In this document: piece after piece, positions 45,988 to 55,674 of the stretch | How positions within the stretch are numbered: the first letter of the stretch is position 1 | Layout of the letters: every line of letters begins with the position of its first letter | DNA from: Euryarchaeota archaeon UBA433 | Lineage (GTDB): Archaea > Thermoplasmatota > Poseidoniia > Poseidoniales > Poseidoniaceae | Direction: 5' to 3' | DNA: 59,275 nucleotides | Assembly (NCBI GenBank): GCA_002495535.1 | Contig: DAFX01000038.1 | Span: 2,439-61,713, forward strand | Notes under the pieces: model-generated | Database searches by the model: none | Told to the model about the DNA's origin: nothing | What the model saw: the letters and a program-made list of their open reading frames with translations, nothing else | Position numbers and translations under genes: made by a program

Positions 45988-48591
45988 TTGGAGAACAGCA
46001 TGGATACTTCCGCACTCGAGGCTAAGATGGCCCAGAGTGCAGGTTTGTTCCAACGTTCAGCCATCGCCATCTTGGTTGTGGTCGGTATCATTACCGTTGG
46101 ACTGATGGCTCACCTTGCCGTATCGCCTCCAAATTTCAACACCGATCTGGCCGATTTCGCTCCGGACTCTGAAGCCAACGATGCACATGAACGAATTCAC
46201 CAATACTTCCCGAACGAAACTCGTCCTTTATTCATCGAAGTAGCTGCTGACGACGGCTCAAACATTCTTTCTATTGAAAATCTTCAAACGATGGATCAAC
46301 ACCTTAGCGTGATCAAAAACGCTTCTGAATCTCGAGGAGGGATGATCAAAGTCTGGACCACAGCACCGGGCATTGTTCAATTGAGTTTGGATGAAGAAGG
46401 GGACGGTACCCTGCTGGCCGACGTCACCTCTTGGGAACACATGCTGGACTTGATTTTTGAAGACAACACAACCTGCACCATGACAAGTGATGATCAGTTG
46501 CTTTCAGCCGCCACTTATGCTTCTTCAGCATTGTTGAACAAGGATTTGAGCATTGATTCCACCTGTGCTTATCTTGAAACTGGCAACGGCAGTGCGGCCC
46601 CATTCGCATCGACAACGCTTTGGGTCCTCGAAGTCGACCCGGACCTGGACGAGAAAAACAGAAAAATTCTCCAAGACCAACTGCGAGATGAATTCCAAAT
46701 CCTTTCGACCGACTCATCCCTCGATTACGGTGTCGTCTCACTTGATCTCATCTCATACGACATCGATGAAGGTACATTCGAAAACTTGGCTCTCCTTGTC
46801 GTGCTGGCTTTGGTGGTGGTTGTGGTCTTGCTTGCGCTTGCCTTCCGCTCCATACCAGACGTGTTGTTCCCGCTCGTAGGTTTGTCCTCGGCGCTGATTT
46901 GGACTTACGGGGTCATGAACTTGCTTGGAGCAAAATTCACCGCACTGGAAGTAGCTGTCGCTCCGCTCGTGCTCGGGCTAGGGATCGATTACGCTATCCA
47001 CCTTCAGCGAGCCTATGCAGCAATTCGTAAAGAGCATGAGAACCAAGCAGAAGCCTGGTTGCGTTCTTGCGCTCGCCTCTCAGTCCCTCTTCTGCTCGCA
47101 GTTGTGACCACCGTTGCAGCCTTCTTAGCCAACATTATTTCCCCTCTTCCTCCACTTGCAACGTTCGGTTATGCGCTGGCGTTTGGCGTCGTTTGTGCTT
47201 TTGTTTCAGCGACGGTTGTGGTCGGTTCACTCCATGTCGTGTTCCGTTCAGCTGCAGTCAAGAAGGAAGCAAAGCCGATCACCATGCCAAAACTTGTCGA
47301 TCGAATCGTTGCCCTCCAACAAAAGCAGCAAGTAGCCGTTATTCTCGTCACGATTTTGATTTCAGGTGCATCGGTGTTCGGCGCGGCATCGTTGGAGACG
47401 GATTTCGATTTGGGTGACTTTGTGGATCCAGAAATGGAAATTATGGACGTCAGGAACGATCTTGACAAAAACTACGACAGTGCTGGATGGAAATTACTCT
47501 ACATTCTGTTTGAACCAGTGGAAGGCGAATCCAATATTCCGGGGGATTCGCTCCTCTTGGAACAAATACAGGGGCTTCATGCCGATTTAACTTCGAATCA
47601 CGATGTGGTTGGGACCGATGAACGCATTCCCTCGCCAGCCTATGAAGGACCCTATGTTGTTCTTCGTGATGCCATCTTGCGAAACGAATCCTTCGGTGAG
47701 GCCCACAACCTCGAAGTGTTCGACGGTGATGTTTACGTCAGCGAATCAGATCTTGGATGCAACCTCGCTGAAGTGTTCTTGCAACTTTCAACAAATCAAA
47801 CTGTAGCCGATGCCATAAGCGGCGAAACATGGGCGGAACGAGTAGCTCAGAGCGTGGCAATGGATTCGAATGGCATCACCTTTTTGCGCAATGAAGTTCG
47901 TGTCGAAGCCTCCACTTCGACCCAAGCTGAGCGGGTCATTGCCCAGGTCGAGCAGGAACTTGGCTCTGAAGAAGAACGGGGTACACTCCGTGATAACCTC
48001 GTCGACCATGCTGAACTTCACGTCACTGGTGATTTGGTGGTCTTGCAAACTGTGCTCGATGGTCTCAGCGTGTCTCAAATCAAAACTACGCTGATCTCTT
48101 TGGTCGTGTCCAGTGTTGTGCTGTTGTTGTTGACTCGCCGAGTTCTCCCTGCAGTCGTCGTTTTGTTCCCTGTTGCTTTGGCTTCATTGTGGGTTGCAGG
48201 TTCAATGGTCGCTCTTGGTCTGAAATGGAACGTATTGACGGTCATGGTCACCGCCCTGACTTTGGGCATAGGCATCGATTATTCGATTCACATGTGGCGA
48301 CGCTTCGAAGTGGAACTCGAACGACGAGACACGCATTGGGAGGCTCTTCGAGCAGCCCTTTCTACAACTGGGGTTGCGTTGATTATGAGTGCCTTGACCA
48401 CAGGATTCGGTTTCATGGTTCTTCTGTTCTCACCAATGCCAGTGATTCAGGATTTCGGCCTTATCACGGCGGTTACAGTGTTCTTTTCGCTGCTGCTTTC
48501 CCTGATTTTATTGCCGGTGCTTGTGGAATTGTCTGCACGTAACAAGGAACAGGTCGTCGAAGTGAGCGACGGCACCATCATCGAAGGATGA
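45988..48591 (+). CDS. RND-superfamily exporter, COG1033/MMPL-like (second copy)
   Basis: The motif GLGIDYAIHLQRAY is duplicated as GIGIDYSIHMWRRFE, with 12 predicted TM helices and two large loops. The start is TTG 45988 or ATG 46000. Confidence 0.8.
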   Translation: MENSMDTSALEAKMAQSAGLFQRSAIAILVVVGIITVGLMAHLAVSPPNFNTDLADFAPDSEANDAHERIHQYFPNETRPLFIEVAADDGSNILSIENLQTMDQHLSVIKNASESRGGMIKVWTTAPGIVQLSLDEEGDGTLLADVTSWEHMLDLIFEDNTTCTMTSDDQLLSAATYASSALLNKDLSIDSTCAYLETGNGSAAPFASTTLWVLEVDPDLDEKNRKILQDQLRDEFQILSTDSSLDYGVVSLDLISYDIDEGTFENLALLVVLALVVVVVLLALAFRSIPDVLFPLVGLSSALIWTYGVMNLLGAKFTALEVAVAPLVLGLGIDYAIHLQRAYAAIRKEHENQAEAWLRSCARLSVPLLLAVVTTVAAFLANIISPLPPLATFGYALAFGVVCAFVSATVVVGSLHVVFRSAAVKKEAKPITMPKLVDRIVALQQKQQVAVILVTILISGASVFGAASLETDFDLGDFVDPEMEIMDVRNDLDKNYDSAGWKLLYILFEPVEGESNIPGDSLLLEQIQGLHADLTSNHDVVGTDERIPSPAYEGPYVVLRDAILRNESFGEAHNLEVFDGDVYVSESDLGCNLAEVFLQLSTNQTVADAISGETWAERVAQSVAMDSNGITFLRNEVRVEASTSTQAERVIAQVEQELGSEEERGTLRDNLVDHAELHVTGDLVVLQTVLDGLSVSQIKTTLISLVVSSVVLLLLTRRVLPAVVVLFPVALASLWVAGSMVALGLKWNVLTVMVTALTLGIGIDYSIHMWRRFEVELERRDTHWEALRAALSTTGVALIMSALTTGFGFMVLLFSPMPVIQDFGLITAVTVFFSLLLSLILLPVLVELSARNKEQVVEVSDGTIIEG

Positions 48592-49182
48592 TCAATACAC
48601 TGAAAGCGCAGCGGTAATGTCTTCCATCGCTAGGCCTTGCTCTCGGGCTACCAACGCTAGGCATACCCAGTGGCTGGCATAGGTGAGCGCCTTTGCTTTC
48701 CGTTCTGCTCTTCGCTCGACCTCTTCGACTGCAAGTTGAGATTGTCGAGCGATAAATTTAGTCAATCTTGGCGTCAACTTCGAGCGTGGGTCGTCGTTCA
48801 CCTGGGCTGGTTTGGCCTTTGCATTTGCCTCACCTGTTGGAGCGTTTGGGAGCGGTGTTGAGCGCGATTCTTTGTCGCGTTTTGGCTCCTCACTCGTGAT
48901 GGGGTTTGACGGCTGAAGCAAGCGTGATGGGCGTGGGAACCAACCGAGTGGTGAAGTGATGCCCTGAAGGGACACTGTTGGGGTGAGGGCCTCTTGCGAA
49001 CCCGACAACCATCCTGCTTTGATCAGGGCTTGAACGGATGCCTCGGCTTCTTCTGGTGAGAGCCATTCCATGTCGAAGGACATGACTCGTTCCAAATCGA
49101 GGGCATCGAGGCTCGCTCCTTCTCGGAAACATATGGCCAGCACACGCAAGACATCTTGGGTGTCTTCCTGGCTCATGCTCAT
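48592..49182 (-). CDS. Conserved archaeal protein, DUF2240-like
   Basis: LDLERVMSFDMEWLSPEEAEASVQALIKAGWL, a low-complexity linker, and C-terminal ...HWVCLALVAREQGLAMEDI resemble haloarchaeal DUF2240 proteins as I remember them. Confidence 0.5.
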   Translation of the reverse strand: MSMSQEDTQDVLRVLAICFREGASLDALDLERVMSFDMEWLSPEEAEASVQALIKAGWLSGSQEALTPTVSLQGITSPLGWFPRPSRLLQPSNPITSEEPKRDKESRSTPLPNAPTGEANAKAKPAQVNDDPRSKLTPRLTKFIARQSQLAVEEVERRAERKAKALTYASHWVCLALVAREQGLAMEDITAALSVY

Positions 49183-49223
49183 GCACAGAAGCCTCCTGTT
49201 GAAGAAGGTAAGCCCAACATTTT

Positions 49224-52200
49224 CTATTCGATTCGAGTGAATGTCTTGTCTTCATTCATCCGCCATATTCCGCAGGCTTCACCCTTGTAGACAGTCTGAT
49301 CCATGGCGTAATCATATTCCCCACCCGGTGGTAATTGCGACCACTCTTCAACGCTGCTTCCAACGCTCAATTCGACCGAATCAGGTTGAACTTGAATCAA
49401 TGAATCAAGCGCCTTTGCCCCGTCAACTGGCTCTGCTGCTGGTTCTGAGGCTTGACGAGGTGGTGGCCCTTTGAGACCCGAAGGCTTGGGTTTTGGGGTT
49501 GCCGACCTTTGAGGTGGACCAGAGAGTGGCTTTGCAACAGTTTTGCTCGGAGCATCCGCTGTAGGGAACTGCGTGATTTCCAAAGGTTTCTTTCGGCGAA
49601 GAAGAAGAACAATTCCAGCAAGGAGCGCTACCGAGATGCCTCCACCTGCAACAAGTGTAGCGGATCCAAACCCACTTTGAGGTGCGGTGTAACTCTTGTT
49701 CCAAGCGTTATTCGTTTCGTCCACTTCCCACATCGTTTGCTCCGCATCGGCTTCAATGACAAGCGTCCATGCCCCTTCCGGAACGGTCAGCGTGCTTCGC
49801 AAGGTCATTGCCGTGTTGGTACCAATCTTTGGGACCAATTCCCGACCAACGAGGGTTTTCTCACCGTCGACAAGCGTGTATATCGAGACATTGAATGGCG
49901 TGTCAATGGCTTCACCAAGGCTCACAAGTTGAATGCCAAGTCTCATGGTTGCGCCGGGTTCCCCTCCATCCGTCACGTCCACTTTTGAAATCGCAACATC
50001 CGGTCCAATGCTGCTCAGGGGGAGCACCAACCAGGGGTCCAATTCAGAGTTCCCAGTGCTTGCCTGTAAGGCCCACCCTGCATCGTCTTGTCCACTGGCC
50101 CAGCAAGCAATGTTGGCTTGAGTTGAGAGGCTTGATGGATCGCCCAGTTCGCTAAAGTCAAACATGAAAGCGAACATAGTTTTGCCATCATACACCGTTG
50201 ATGAGGCTCGAGAGAGACTGCTCACTGGCCACGATTCATCCAGGGAACGAACCTGACAGGTTAGCGTGAGATTTGACGACCAGAGGTTTGCTTCCTCAAT
50301 GTTGGCACCAATTTCAATCCCACTAAGGTGGAAGCGAGAATAGCCACTGCTCAACGTCGAATCTAGCAACATCGGTGCATCGCCATCGATGCGCAGGGTT
50401 GGCAAATCAATGCTAAGTAATTCGCGTGTTGCATAGGGGTCCCAGACACTCAACTTTGTTTCAAACAAGAGGCCAGAACCCAAAGGCGCATCGAATTCAA
50501 TCGACATCATACCGTCGACTGCTTCCCCTGAAGTGCCTCCAGTCCAGCGGTCACTCTGTAATTTACCGTTCCAGTACACCGAAACTGGACCTGAGTAGCT
50601 GGTGTCACTCAATTCGTGGTGGATGGAGGCGTTGAGGCGAATAGTTTCGCCAGATTGGATGCTCCAACCATCGGTCAAATCGCCTTGCACCTCACCCTCG
50701 ATGTCCATGAGTGATTCCAAAACTACGTTCATGTCCGCCTCATAGGTCCATTGCTGCTCAAACACGATCGAATTGGAACCGTCATAATCTTCGATGAGAA
50801 TTTCGATGCGACCGTCGTTGGTCGCCGGTGTGACAAAGGTCCAATCGGCAACAGCATGGAACTCAATGGTGAGCGTCTCACCAACTGCAGCGGTGCAGCC
50901 ATTGGTGACTTGCAACCTAGCATCAAGGGCTTCACAGGTGTTGAGGTTGGCGTTGTACCTGAATCCAAGGGTAGGGTCGCCGCCCAACAAGAGGCTCACT
51001 CTTGTGATGTCGCTGATTCTGTTGGTATCGCCAACTTCGACCTTCCAACCGAGTTCTTTGGTAGGTTCAATCCTCATCATGCCTGATTGTTCATCGCCAC
51101 CGATCATTTGGAAGTCGAGAAGTTCTCCTTTCTCGGGGGTTCTGCTTTCCCAATGGAGGGTTCCAATCGCGGGGTCAACTTCACCGATGTTGTAGCCGGC
51201 AAAATCAGTCCCAACCAACAACACTCGTACTTTTTGGTGGTCTTCATTGGCCGTATCGTTGACGTGAAGGGTGATCGTCCAATCGTCCTCGACGTTGGAA
51301 AAAGTGAGGGGGTGTTGCTGGTATTCGCTTTGTTCTGCAATGTTATTGCCTGATGCGTCATGAAGGGCCTCAATCCAAAGGAATCCGGTGAGCGTTTGGT
51401 TTGAGAAACCACCGACATCATGGTAGTTCAGTTCCACAATGCGTTCGCTCTGTTCGTTGGTATAGGCTCCAATCAGCGGGGTTGTACTTGTCATCACTGG
51501 CGCTTCGATGTTGATGTGGATGGTTCGGTTCAAGGGCATCGTTTGCAGGTCCAAATCTTCTGATGTCCGAGCTTCAAGCCAAATTCTTGCCTGGCCGGAA
51601 GTTCCGTTGGGGACCGAGAATTCAACCTGAGTCGTTGCGCCTACATTGAGGGATGTCCATGTTCCAGGGTTGGTGTAACTGGCGCCACCCAAGGCATCGG
51701 TCGCTTCGACATCGACGTTCATTCTTGCTTCAATGAATCCATTCAATAACCGTGCACCAGAATTTGTGAAGGTCTGATCGACGGTGGCAACCATCAAAGC
51801 ATCACCCGGATAAATTTCATTTTCATCAACAGAAGCATCGCCTTGGCTGCTCGATGTCGAGGTTAAATCGATCACCTCAATCGTCATTTGGTTGTCGATC
51901 GATGTGATGGTTGAGGTGGTGTAGACGGTTGTGGCCATGCCGGTGGTCGATACGCTCATCTTCAGGTAGGGTGTACTGAGCCCGTCGTTTACAGCAAACG
52001 ACCAGTCCACGGTGTCAACACCATTCGATGACGTGTGGGTTGCCGAGACATCGCTTGATCTCAAGAGTCCGTCTGGGTCGTCCACTTGCAGTGTGAATGT
52101 GGAGGGCGTGTAGGTCAAAACAGCAGCATCTAATCCGATGATGCTGAACCCGTCGTAGGTCGTTGGCAACACGCTCAGTGAATAGGTCGATTGAGCACCA

Positions 52201-53822
52201 TAAGAGGAATGTGATGTTTTCATCACCGAGACTTCTGCGTTTGGGTTGAGGACTGAAGGTGGCGATGTGACAAAACCAGCCTCCTCGAATCCGACGCTTA
52301 TGTGCTCGAGGTGAGGGGTTGTCCAGTCCTCAAACTGGTTGGTCTCAAACGCCAATTGGTACTGAACCATAGAGTCACCTGGATTGGCATCTGTGAGGGT
52401 GTGGTTGCCAATTGAAAGCGATTCAGAACTTTGGTTCGCCCCAAGCGGTCGCCAAACTCCTGAACTGATGTCTGACAAATCAGCTCCAGTCTTGTATTGC
52501 ATCGTCAGGGCTGTTCCATACGGTGTGTCGCCACCGAAATCCATCCACAACGGTGTTGCACTGGCTTCGATGCTGCTGCGCAAATCGAACACATCGGAAA
52601 GTAAACTTCCAGTTTGGCTGGCAGGATTATCATAGGTTGCCGAAACGTCTGAGTACATCACACTCCATGTGCTAAATCGCCAATTGGCACTGTCGCCACC
52701 AGCATAGACAAGGGTGCCGTCTACATTGAGCAAATCAAAGTCGTACAGTTGGCTGTGCAGGGCTCCATGAGCGTGTATGTCGCCGGTCCGAGGGTCGTAG
52801 CCTCTCACCAAGTCATAGCGTACAGTAGAACTCATACCTCCTGCAATGACAATCTCATCGTTGTGAACAACAGCAGAGTGAGCTGCAATCTTGAACGGCA
52901 AATCGGTTCCATTCGTCCATGTATTTGTTGCAGGATCGTAAATCTCTGTGTGGTTGGCCGGCAGGGTCGTTGTTTGATTGAGTGCAGCATCAAAGAGTCT
53001 GACATAGCCTCCAAGAGCGTACAGTTTTCCATGGAACGCCACCAGTTCGAATGAGTGTCGAGGAGCGCTCATGTTTGCCATGTAATCCCACACATCGGTT
53101 GCAGGGTTGTATCGCATAGTTCGGTTGGTTAAATCAGAACGATCTTTCATCCCGACACCTCCTGCGACGTAGATGAACCCATCAAGGGCGTCCATACCAG
53201 CAAGCCCGACTCCAGTGGTGGAAGGCATCGATGTGCCAGTGCTCCAATTGTTGGTGCTTGGATCGAAAATGTGGACCAAACCGTCACCACGAACAGCTGG
53301 TGTTGCGAACGGATGGTAGTCCCCAATCGAGTAAATCTTGCCCTGGACATTGACGCACTCGTGGTAGGCCTGGGCCTGTGGAAGGGTGTCGGGGTTTGGC
53401 GACCAAGTCTGGTTCACTATGTCGAATGTTTCAATGAAATTAGTTGCTGCTTCATCGCCAGTTTGACTCGGGTTCGGGTCGTATCGTCCACCGATCAACC
53501 AAGCTTCTTCGGTGAGTTCGTTAAGCGCCAAACAGCCTGCGGTCCTCGCAAACATCATCCCAGGTGCAGCGACCGTCTGCATCGAGATGACGGGACGGTT
53601 CAGCATCGGCGTTCCGTTTGAGGGGTTCACGGTGATGTTGGAAGGGGTGAACCCGTCGCTTGCATTGAAACCACTCGAGGTGGAAACTGAAGAAAGGACG
53701 ACGACTTCATCGGCTAAATTCACTTCTGAACCCGGGTCGATTACACCGCTGTACGGCATTAGCAACATCGCCAAAACCGCCCAACAAACGAAGATGAAAT
53801 GCCTTGGCGAGTGGGTGGCCAT
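49224..53822 (-). CDS. Giant (1532 aa) secreted surface protein: Kelch-repeat beta-propeller, long beta-rich body, CARDB-like domain, TM anchor, 120-aa cytoplasmic tail
   Basis: Signal/anchor FIFVCWAVLAMLLMPYSG, Kelch-like repeats (GGRYD..., GKIYSIGDY, GFIYVAGG, GKLYALGGY, DEIVIAGG, TLVYAGGD), CARDB-like DVAISKVDVTDGGEPG...VDETNNAW, and TM helix GGGISVALLAGIVLLL followed by RRKK. Confidence 0.8.
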   Translation of the reverse strand: MATHSPRHFIFVCWAVLAMLLMPYSGVIDPGSEVNLADEVVVLSSVSTSSGFNASDGFTPSNITVNPSNGTPMLNRPVISMQTVAAPGMMFARTAGCLALNELTEEAWLIGGRYDPNPSQTGDEAATNFIETFDIVNQTWSPNPDTLPQAQAYHECVNVQGKIYSIGDYHPFATPAVRGDGLVHIFDPSTNNWSTGTSMPSTTGVGLAGMDALDGFIYVAGGVGMKDRSDLTNRTMRYNPATDVWDYMANMSAPRHSFELVAFHGKLYALGGYVRLFDAALNQTTTLPANHTEIYDPATNTWTNGTDLPFKIAAHSAVVHNDEIVIAGGMSSTVRYDLVRGYDPRTGDIHAHGALHSQLYDFDLLNVDGTLVYAGGDSANWRFSTWSVMYSDVSATYDNPASQTGSLLSDVFDLRSSIEASATPLWMDFGGDTPYGTALTMQYKTGADLSDISSGVWRPLGANQSSESLSIGNHTLTDANPGDSMVQYQLAFETNQFEDWTTPHLEHISVGFEEAGFVTSPPSVLNPNAEVSVMKTSHSSYGAQSTYSLSVLPTTYDGFSIIGLDAAVLTYTPSTFTLQVDDPDGLLRSSDVSATHTSSNGVDTVDWSFAVNDGLSTPYLKMSVSTTGMATTVYTTSTITSIDNQMTIEVIDLTSTSSSQGDASVDENEIYPGDALMVATVDQTFTNSGARLLNGFIEARMNVDVEATDALGGASYTNPGTWTSLNVGATTQVEFSVPNGTSGQARIWLEARTSEDLDLQTMPLNRTIHINIEAPVMTSTTPLIGAYTNEQSERIVELNYHDVGGFSNQTLTGFLWIEALHDASGNNIAEQSEYQQHPLTFSNVEDDWTITLHVNDTANEDHQKVRVLLVGTDFAGYNIGEVDPAIGTLHWESRTPEKGELLDFQMIGGDEQSGMMRIEPTKELGWKVEVGDTNRISDITRVSLLLGGDPTLGFRYNANLNTCEALDARLQVTNGCTAAVGETLTIEFHAVADWTFVTPATNDGRIEILIEDYDGSNSIVFEQQWTYEADMNVVLESLMDIEGEVQGDLTDGWSIQSGETIRLNASIHHELSDTSYSGPVSVYWNGKLQSDRWTGGTSGEAVDGMMSIEFDAPLGSGLLFETKLSVWDPYATRELLSIDLPTLRIDGDAPMLLDSTLSSGYSRFHLSGIEIGANIEEANLWSSNLTLTCQVRSLDESWPVSSLSRASSTVYDGKTMFAFMFDFSELGDPSSLSTQANIACWASGQDDAGWALQASTGNSELDPWLVLPLSSIGPDVAISKVDVTDGGEPGATMRLGIQLVSLGEAIDTPFNVSIYTLVDGEKTLVGRELVPKIGTNTAMTLRSTLTVPEGAWTLVIEADAEQTMWEVDETNNAWNKSYTAPQSGFGSATLVAGGGISVALLAGIVLLLRRKKPLEITQFPTADAPSKTVAKPLSGPPQRSATPKPKPSGLKGPPPRQASEPAAEPVDGAKALDSLIQVQPDSVELSVGSSVEEWSQLPPGGEYDYAMDQTVYKGEACGIWRMNEDKTFTRIE

Positions 53823-53890
53823 GGCCTAGGACTTTGACGGCGCTTCAAGAGTGTTGCGTGCCCTTGTCAGGGGATGAAACACAGTGAACC

Positions 53891-55300
53891 TTGATAGAGG
53901 CTCGAATTCGAAGCACTTCCGCAGGCCATAGGTTCATTGGTTACGACCTCTTGCGCCGCACTGGAGGACTCAGTTTGGTACGTGAATATATTGCCCGAGA
54001 CCCTCGAACCGGCCTCCCGCTTAACGTTGCTCGAAGCAAGAAGGTCGACAAGAAGATTGTCAGCCAGACAGGTCCGTGGGTGAGCATCTCTGATGTCGAT
54101 GTCCTTCCACTGGCGCGTGGAGAGATTGACCAGGTCCAAACTCGTTACATGGACAGAACTCACACTCATGATCGCTCGGCAGGTGTTCGAGCTCTTGGTC
54201 GCTTCAGCGGTGCTTCTATTCATGACGCCCACAGTGCGCTCATGGTAGCGTTTGAACAAGACGAAGCCGAAATTCGGGTCGCAGCACTCGATGTGCTTCC
54301 TGAAGTCGCTGTTCGTAAATCAAACGAATTGTTTGACTGGTTGTCGGTTCTTTTGGACGACGAAGACGCCCAAGTTCGAATGGCAGCGAGCCGTTGCTTG
54401 ACCCTGACAGCGCCGGTGTTCCCCTCTGCGGTTGAAACAATACTGGGCAATGAATTACGCTCTTCACAAAAATCACGAATGGACGCTGCTTGGGCGGGAC
54501 TCAAAGCACTGTGCGACACGTGGCCTGAAGTTGTTGTTCACCACATCGACACCCTCTTGCTCGAAGACGAGGCCGTGTTAAGACGCAAAGCAGCGGGACT
54601 TCTCAAGCGGGTTGTCGCTCGAGGGGGCCCTTCTGTTTGGGATCTGATCTCTTGGTCACTTAACGACATAGATGTTGAAGTTCGCAGGATTTCTGCCCGC
54701 ACACTTCCAAGCCTTGCCAAGCGCGAGTCGAGGATTGCTACCTCCTTTGCCGAGCGAGCAATGTTGGATTCAGATTCCAAGGTTCGATTGAGCGGTATAA
54801 AAGCCCTGCAGACTATGGACACTGACCACGGTCGGGCCCGTGAATTGGTGGTGAAAGGCACGGCATCAAGCGATGTTCAGGTTCGTCGAGCTTGCGTCGA
54901 TTTGCTGCCTCGTCTCTTCGGTGAGGATGTCCTTCGAACAATGGCTAGCGATCTGCTCAAGACTGAAACGGACCCGCAGATTGCGGCATCCCTCAAAGAA
55001 ATGACGTTCGATGTATCAATCGACGGTACTGAAGACCAAAAGAACGCACAGCTGGCACCCGCACCCGCAGTCCCCGCCATCGATCGAGAGGTGGCTGAAT
55101 CACAAGGCAAGCAGATTGGATTGGAGCCGAACCGCCCAGTTCTCACCGATGCCGCACCGGAAAAAAGCGCAGAAAAAACGCCGACTCCGCCTGCCTCAGA
55201 CCCGGTTGGTGCCTATCGAGCGGTTTCTCAGGATGAGATGATGGGTTACGATGACGAATTCGAGGATGAAGAGCCCGAAACAGACGACGAATACTTCTGA
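53891..55300 (+). CDS. HEAT/PBS-lyase-repeat protein with acidic C-terminal tail
   Basis: Repeated D..A.VR.AA...L units (EIRVAALDVL, DAQVRMAASRCL, VLRRKAAGLL, VEVRRISARTL, SKVRLSGIKAL, VQVRRACVDLL). The tail is DDEFEDEEPETDDEYF. The start is uncertain (TTG 53891). Confidence 0.6.
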   Translation: MIEARIRSTSAGHRFIGYDLLRRTGGLSLVREYIARDPRTGLPLNVARSKKVDKKIVSQTGPWVSISDVDVLPLARGEIDQVQTRYMDRTHTHDRSAGVRALGRFSGASIHDAHSALMVAFEQDEAEIRVAALDVLPEVAVRKSNELFDWLSVLLDDEDAQVRMAASRCLTLTAPVFPSAVETILGNELRSSQKSRMDAAWAGLKALCDTWPEVVVHHIDTLLLEDEAVLRRKAAGLLKRVVARGGPSVWDLISWSLNDIDVEVRRISARTLPSLAKRESRIATSFAERAMLDSDSKVRLSGIKALQTMDTDHGRARELVVKGTASSDVQVRRACVDLLPRLFGEDVLRTMASDLLKTETDPQIAASLKEMTFDVSIDGTEDQKNAQLAPAPAVPAIDREVAESQGKQIGLEPNRPVLTDAAPEKSAEKTPTPPASDPVGAYRAVSQDEMMGYDDEFEDEEPETDDEYF

Positions 55301-55384
55301 AATGAGCGTCTAGGGTGTTGCTTTTCCACCGAACTCATGTCGGCATTGTTAAGAAGGGAGCATTAGTGGCCGGATTGCTTAGAG

Positions 55385-55609
55385 GTGTTTATGATGAGTT
55401 CAGGCGCATTTAATGACAAGGAAGAACAATTCGACCGCTTGTGGGACGGCATTACCCCCAAAGGGATCAACCGCAACAAGTCACTGAAATTTCGCCAATA
55501 CATTCTCGAACACGTTCGCCAAACCAAGCGACCTATGAACCGTGAAAACGCTCGTAAGTACTGGATGGGCATCCTCCAAAAGGAAATCGCAGAACGCGAC
55601 GACTACTGA
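55385..55609 (+). CDS. Small hypothetical protein (about 72 aa) upstream of the DEAD-box helicase
   Basis: Basic helical composition. The start is GTG 55385 or ATG 55391. No family recognised. Confidence 0.4.
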   Translation: MFMMSSGAFNDKEEQFDRLWDGITPKGINRNKSLKFRQYILEHVRQTKRPMNRENARKYWMGILQKEIAERDDY

Positions 55610-55674
55610 TTCTATTCGATTGGGTTGCCACCGTCTCGGCGACCCACTCACCAACCCGAGACGGAGATGATACC

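Noticed and set aside
53867-54259. 130-aa minus-strand ORF at the start of the HEAT-repeat gene.
   Set aside because: The plus frame already shows HEAT-like D..A.VRAL units in this region, and the minus-frame product is featureless. The true start of the HEAT gene remains uncertain.
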